Assembly: GCA_017499595.2 (NCBI GenBank)
Contig: CM039004.1
Span: 2,666,001 to 2,730,000 of the forward strand
Origin: Psilocybe cubensis
Taxonomy: Eukaryota
Direction of reading: 5' to 3'
DNA: 64,000 nucleotides
Shown one piece after another: positions 62,119 through 64,000 of this stretch. The notes below the pieces were generated by a model. The model did not search any database. It was not told the origin of the DNA and saw only the letters and a list, made by a program, of their open reading frames with translations. Within the stretch, counting starts at the first letter, position 1; every line of letters starts with the position of its first letter. The translations under genes and the position numbers were made by a program.

Positions 62119-62347
62119 GATGCTTATGCCCCTGTGGTGTTGGCATCGACACCCAGGAGCCTTGACCCATTGATATCAAGTTGATATATGATTTTTTGCT
62201 GTCCTGGCTGGAACATCTACACCATCGCAATGCAATCCAAGAGAGAAAACTTTATGTACATTTAGTAATACATTTTGGGTATCAACAACGGACAATTATA
62301 GTAGACTGACAGCGATCCTCAAGACAAAGTAGATTGGATTGTAAGAA

Positions 62348-63884
<1,537 letters not shown>

Positions 63885-64000
63885 ATTAAATGTTCTGGTG
63901 ATTAGAATACAGATTGTATTGATAGTAGTCGATGTCGATAACTTTTCGAGTACTCGGGAGTCAACAAAGGCCAAGATCGAGTATGGTCGTGGTCACGGGG

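Overview
Eukaryotic, intron-rich fungal DNA; the ~50-70 nt GT..AG introns and the gene families point to an Agaricomycete mushroom (inference). Left (0.9-10 kb): three tandem paralogues of an F-box-like/LRR gene. Centre (~10.6-51 kb): a nested transposon island. It contains (i) a Ty1/copia element (10599-16110; 417-bp LTRs, TSD TCTAC) broken only by one in-frame CGA>TGA, whose LTR holds both an intron-containing and an exactly spliced copy of its own predicted 5' leader; (ii) a chromodomain Ty3/gypsy element (16663-41168; 450-bp LTRs, TSD CCCTG) with intact ORFs, a self-priming PBS and no CpG found by eye; (iii) an 18.1-kb Plavaka-type DNA transposon (17097-35227; TA TSD, short imperfect TIRs) inserted in the gypsy 5' LTR, carrying Spt5-like, JmjC, cyclin and DUF6532-like cargo plus a long hairpin; (iv) a tail-to-tail pair of non-autonomous TIR elements; and (v) a second, divergent Plavaka-like transposase with a partner gene. 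Right (52-64 kb): ordinary host genes (F-box protein, secreted protein, Gyp2/Mdr1-like RabGAP, WDR5/Swd3). No rRNA, tRNA or CRISPR seen. All comparisons were made by eye and multi-exon gene ends are approximate.
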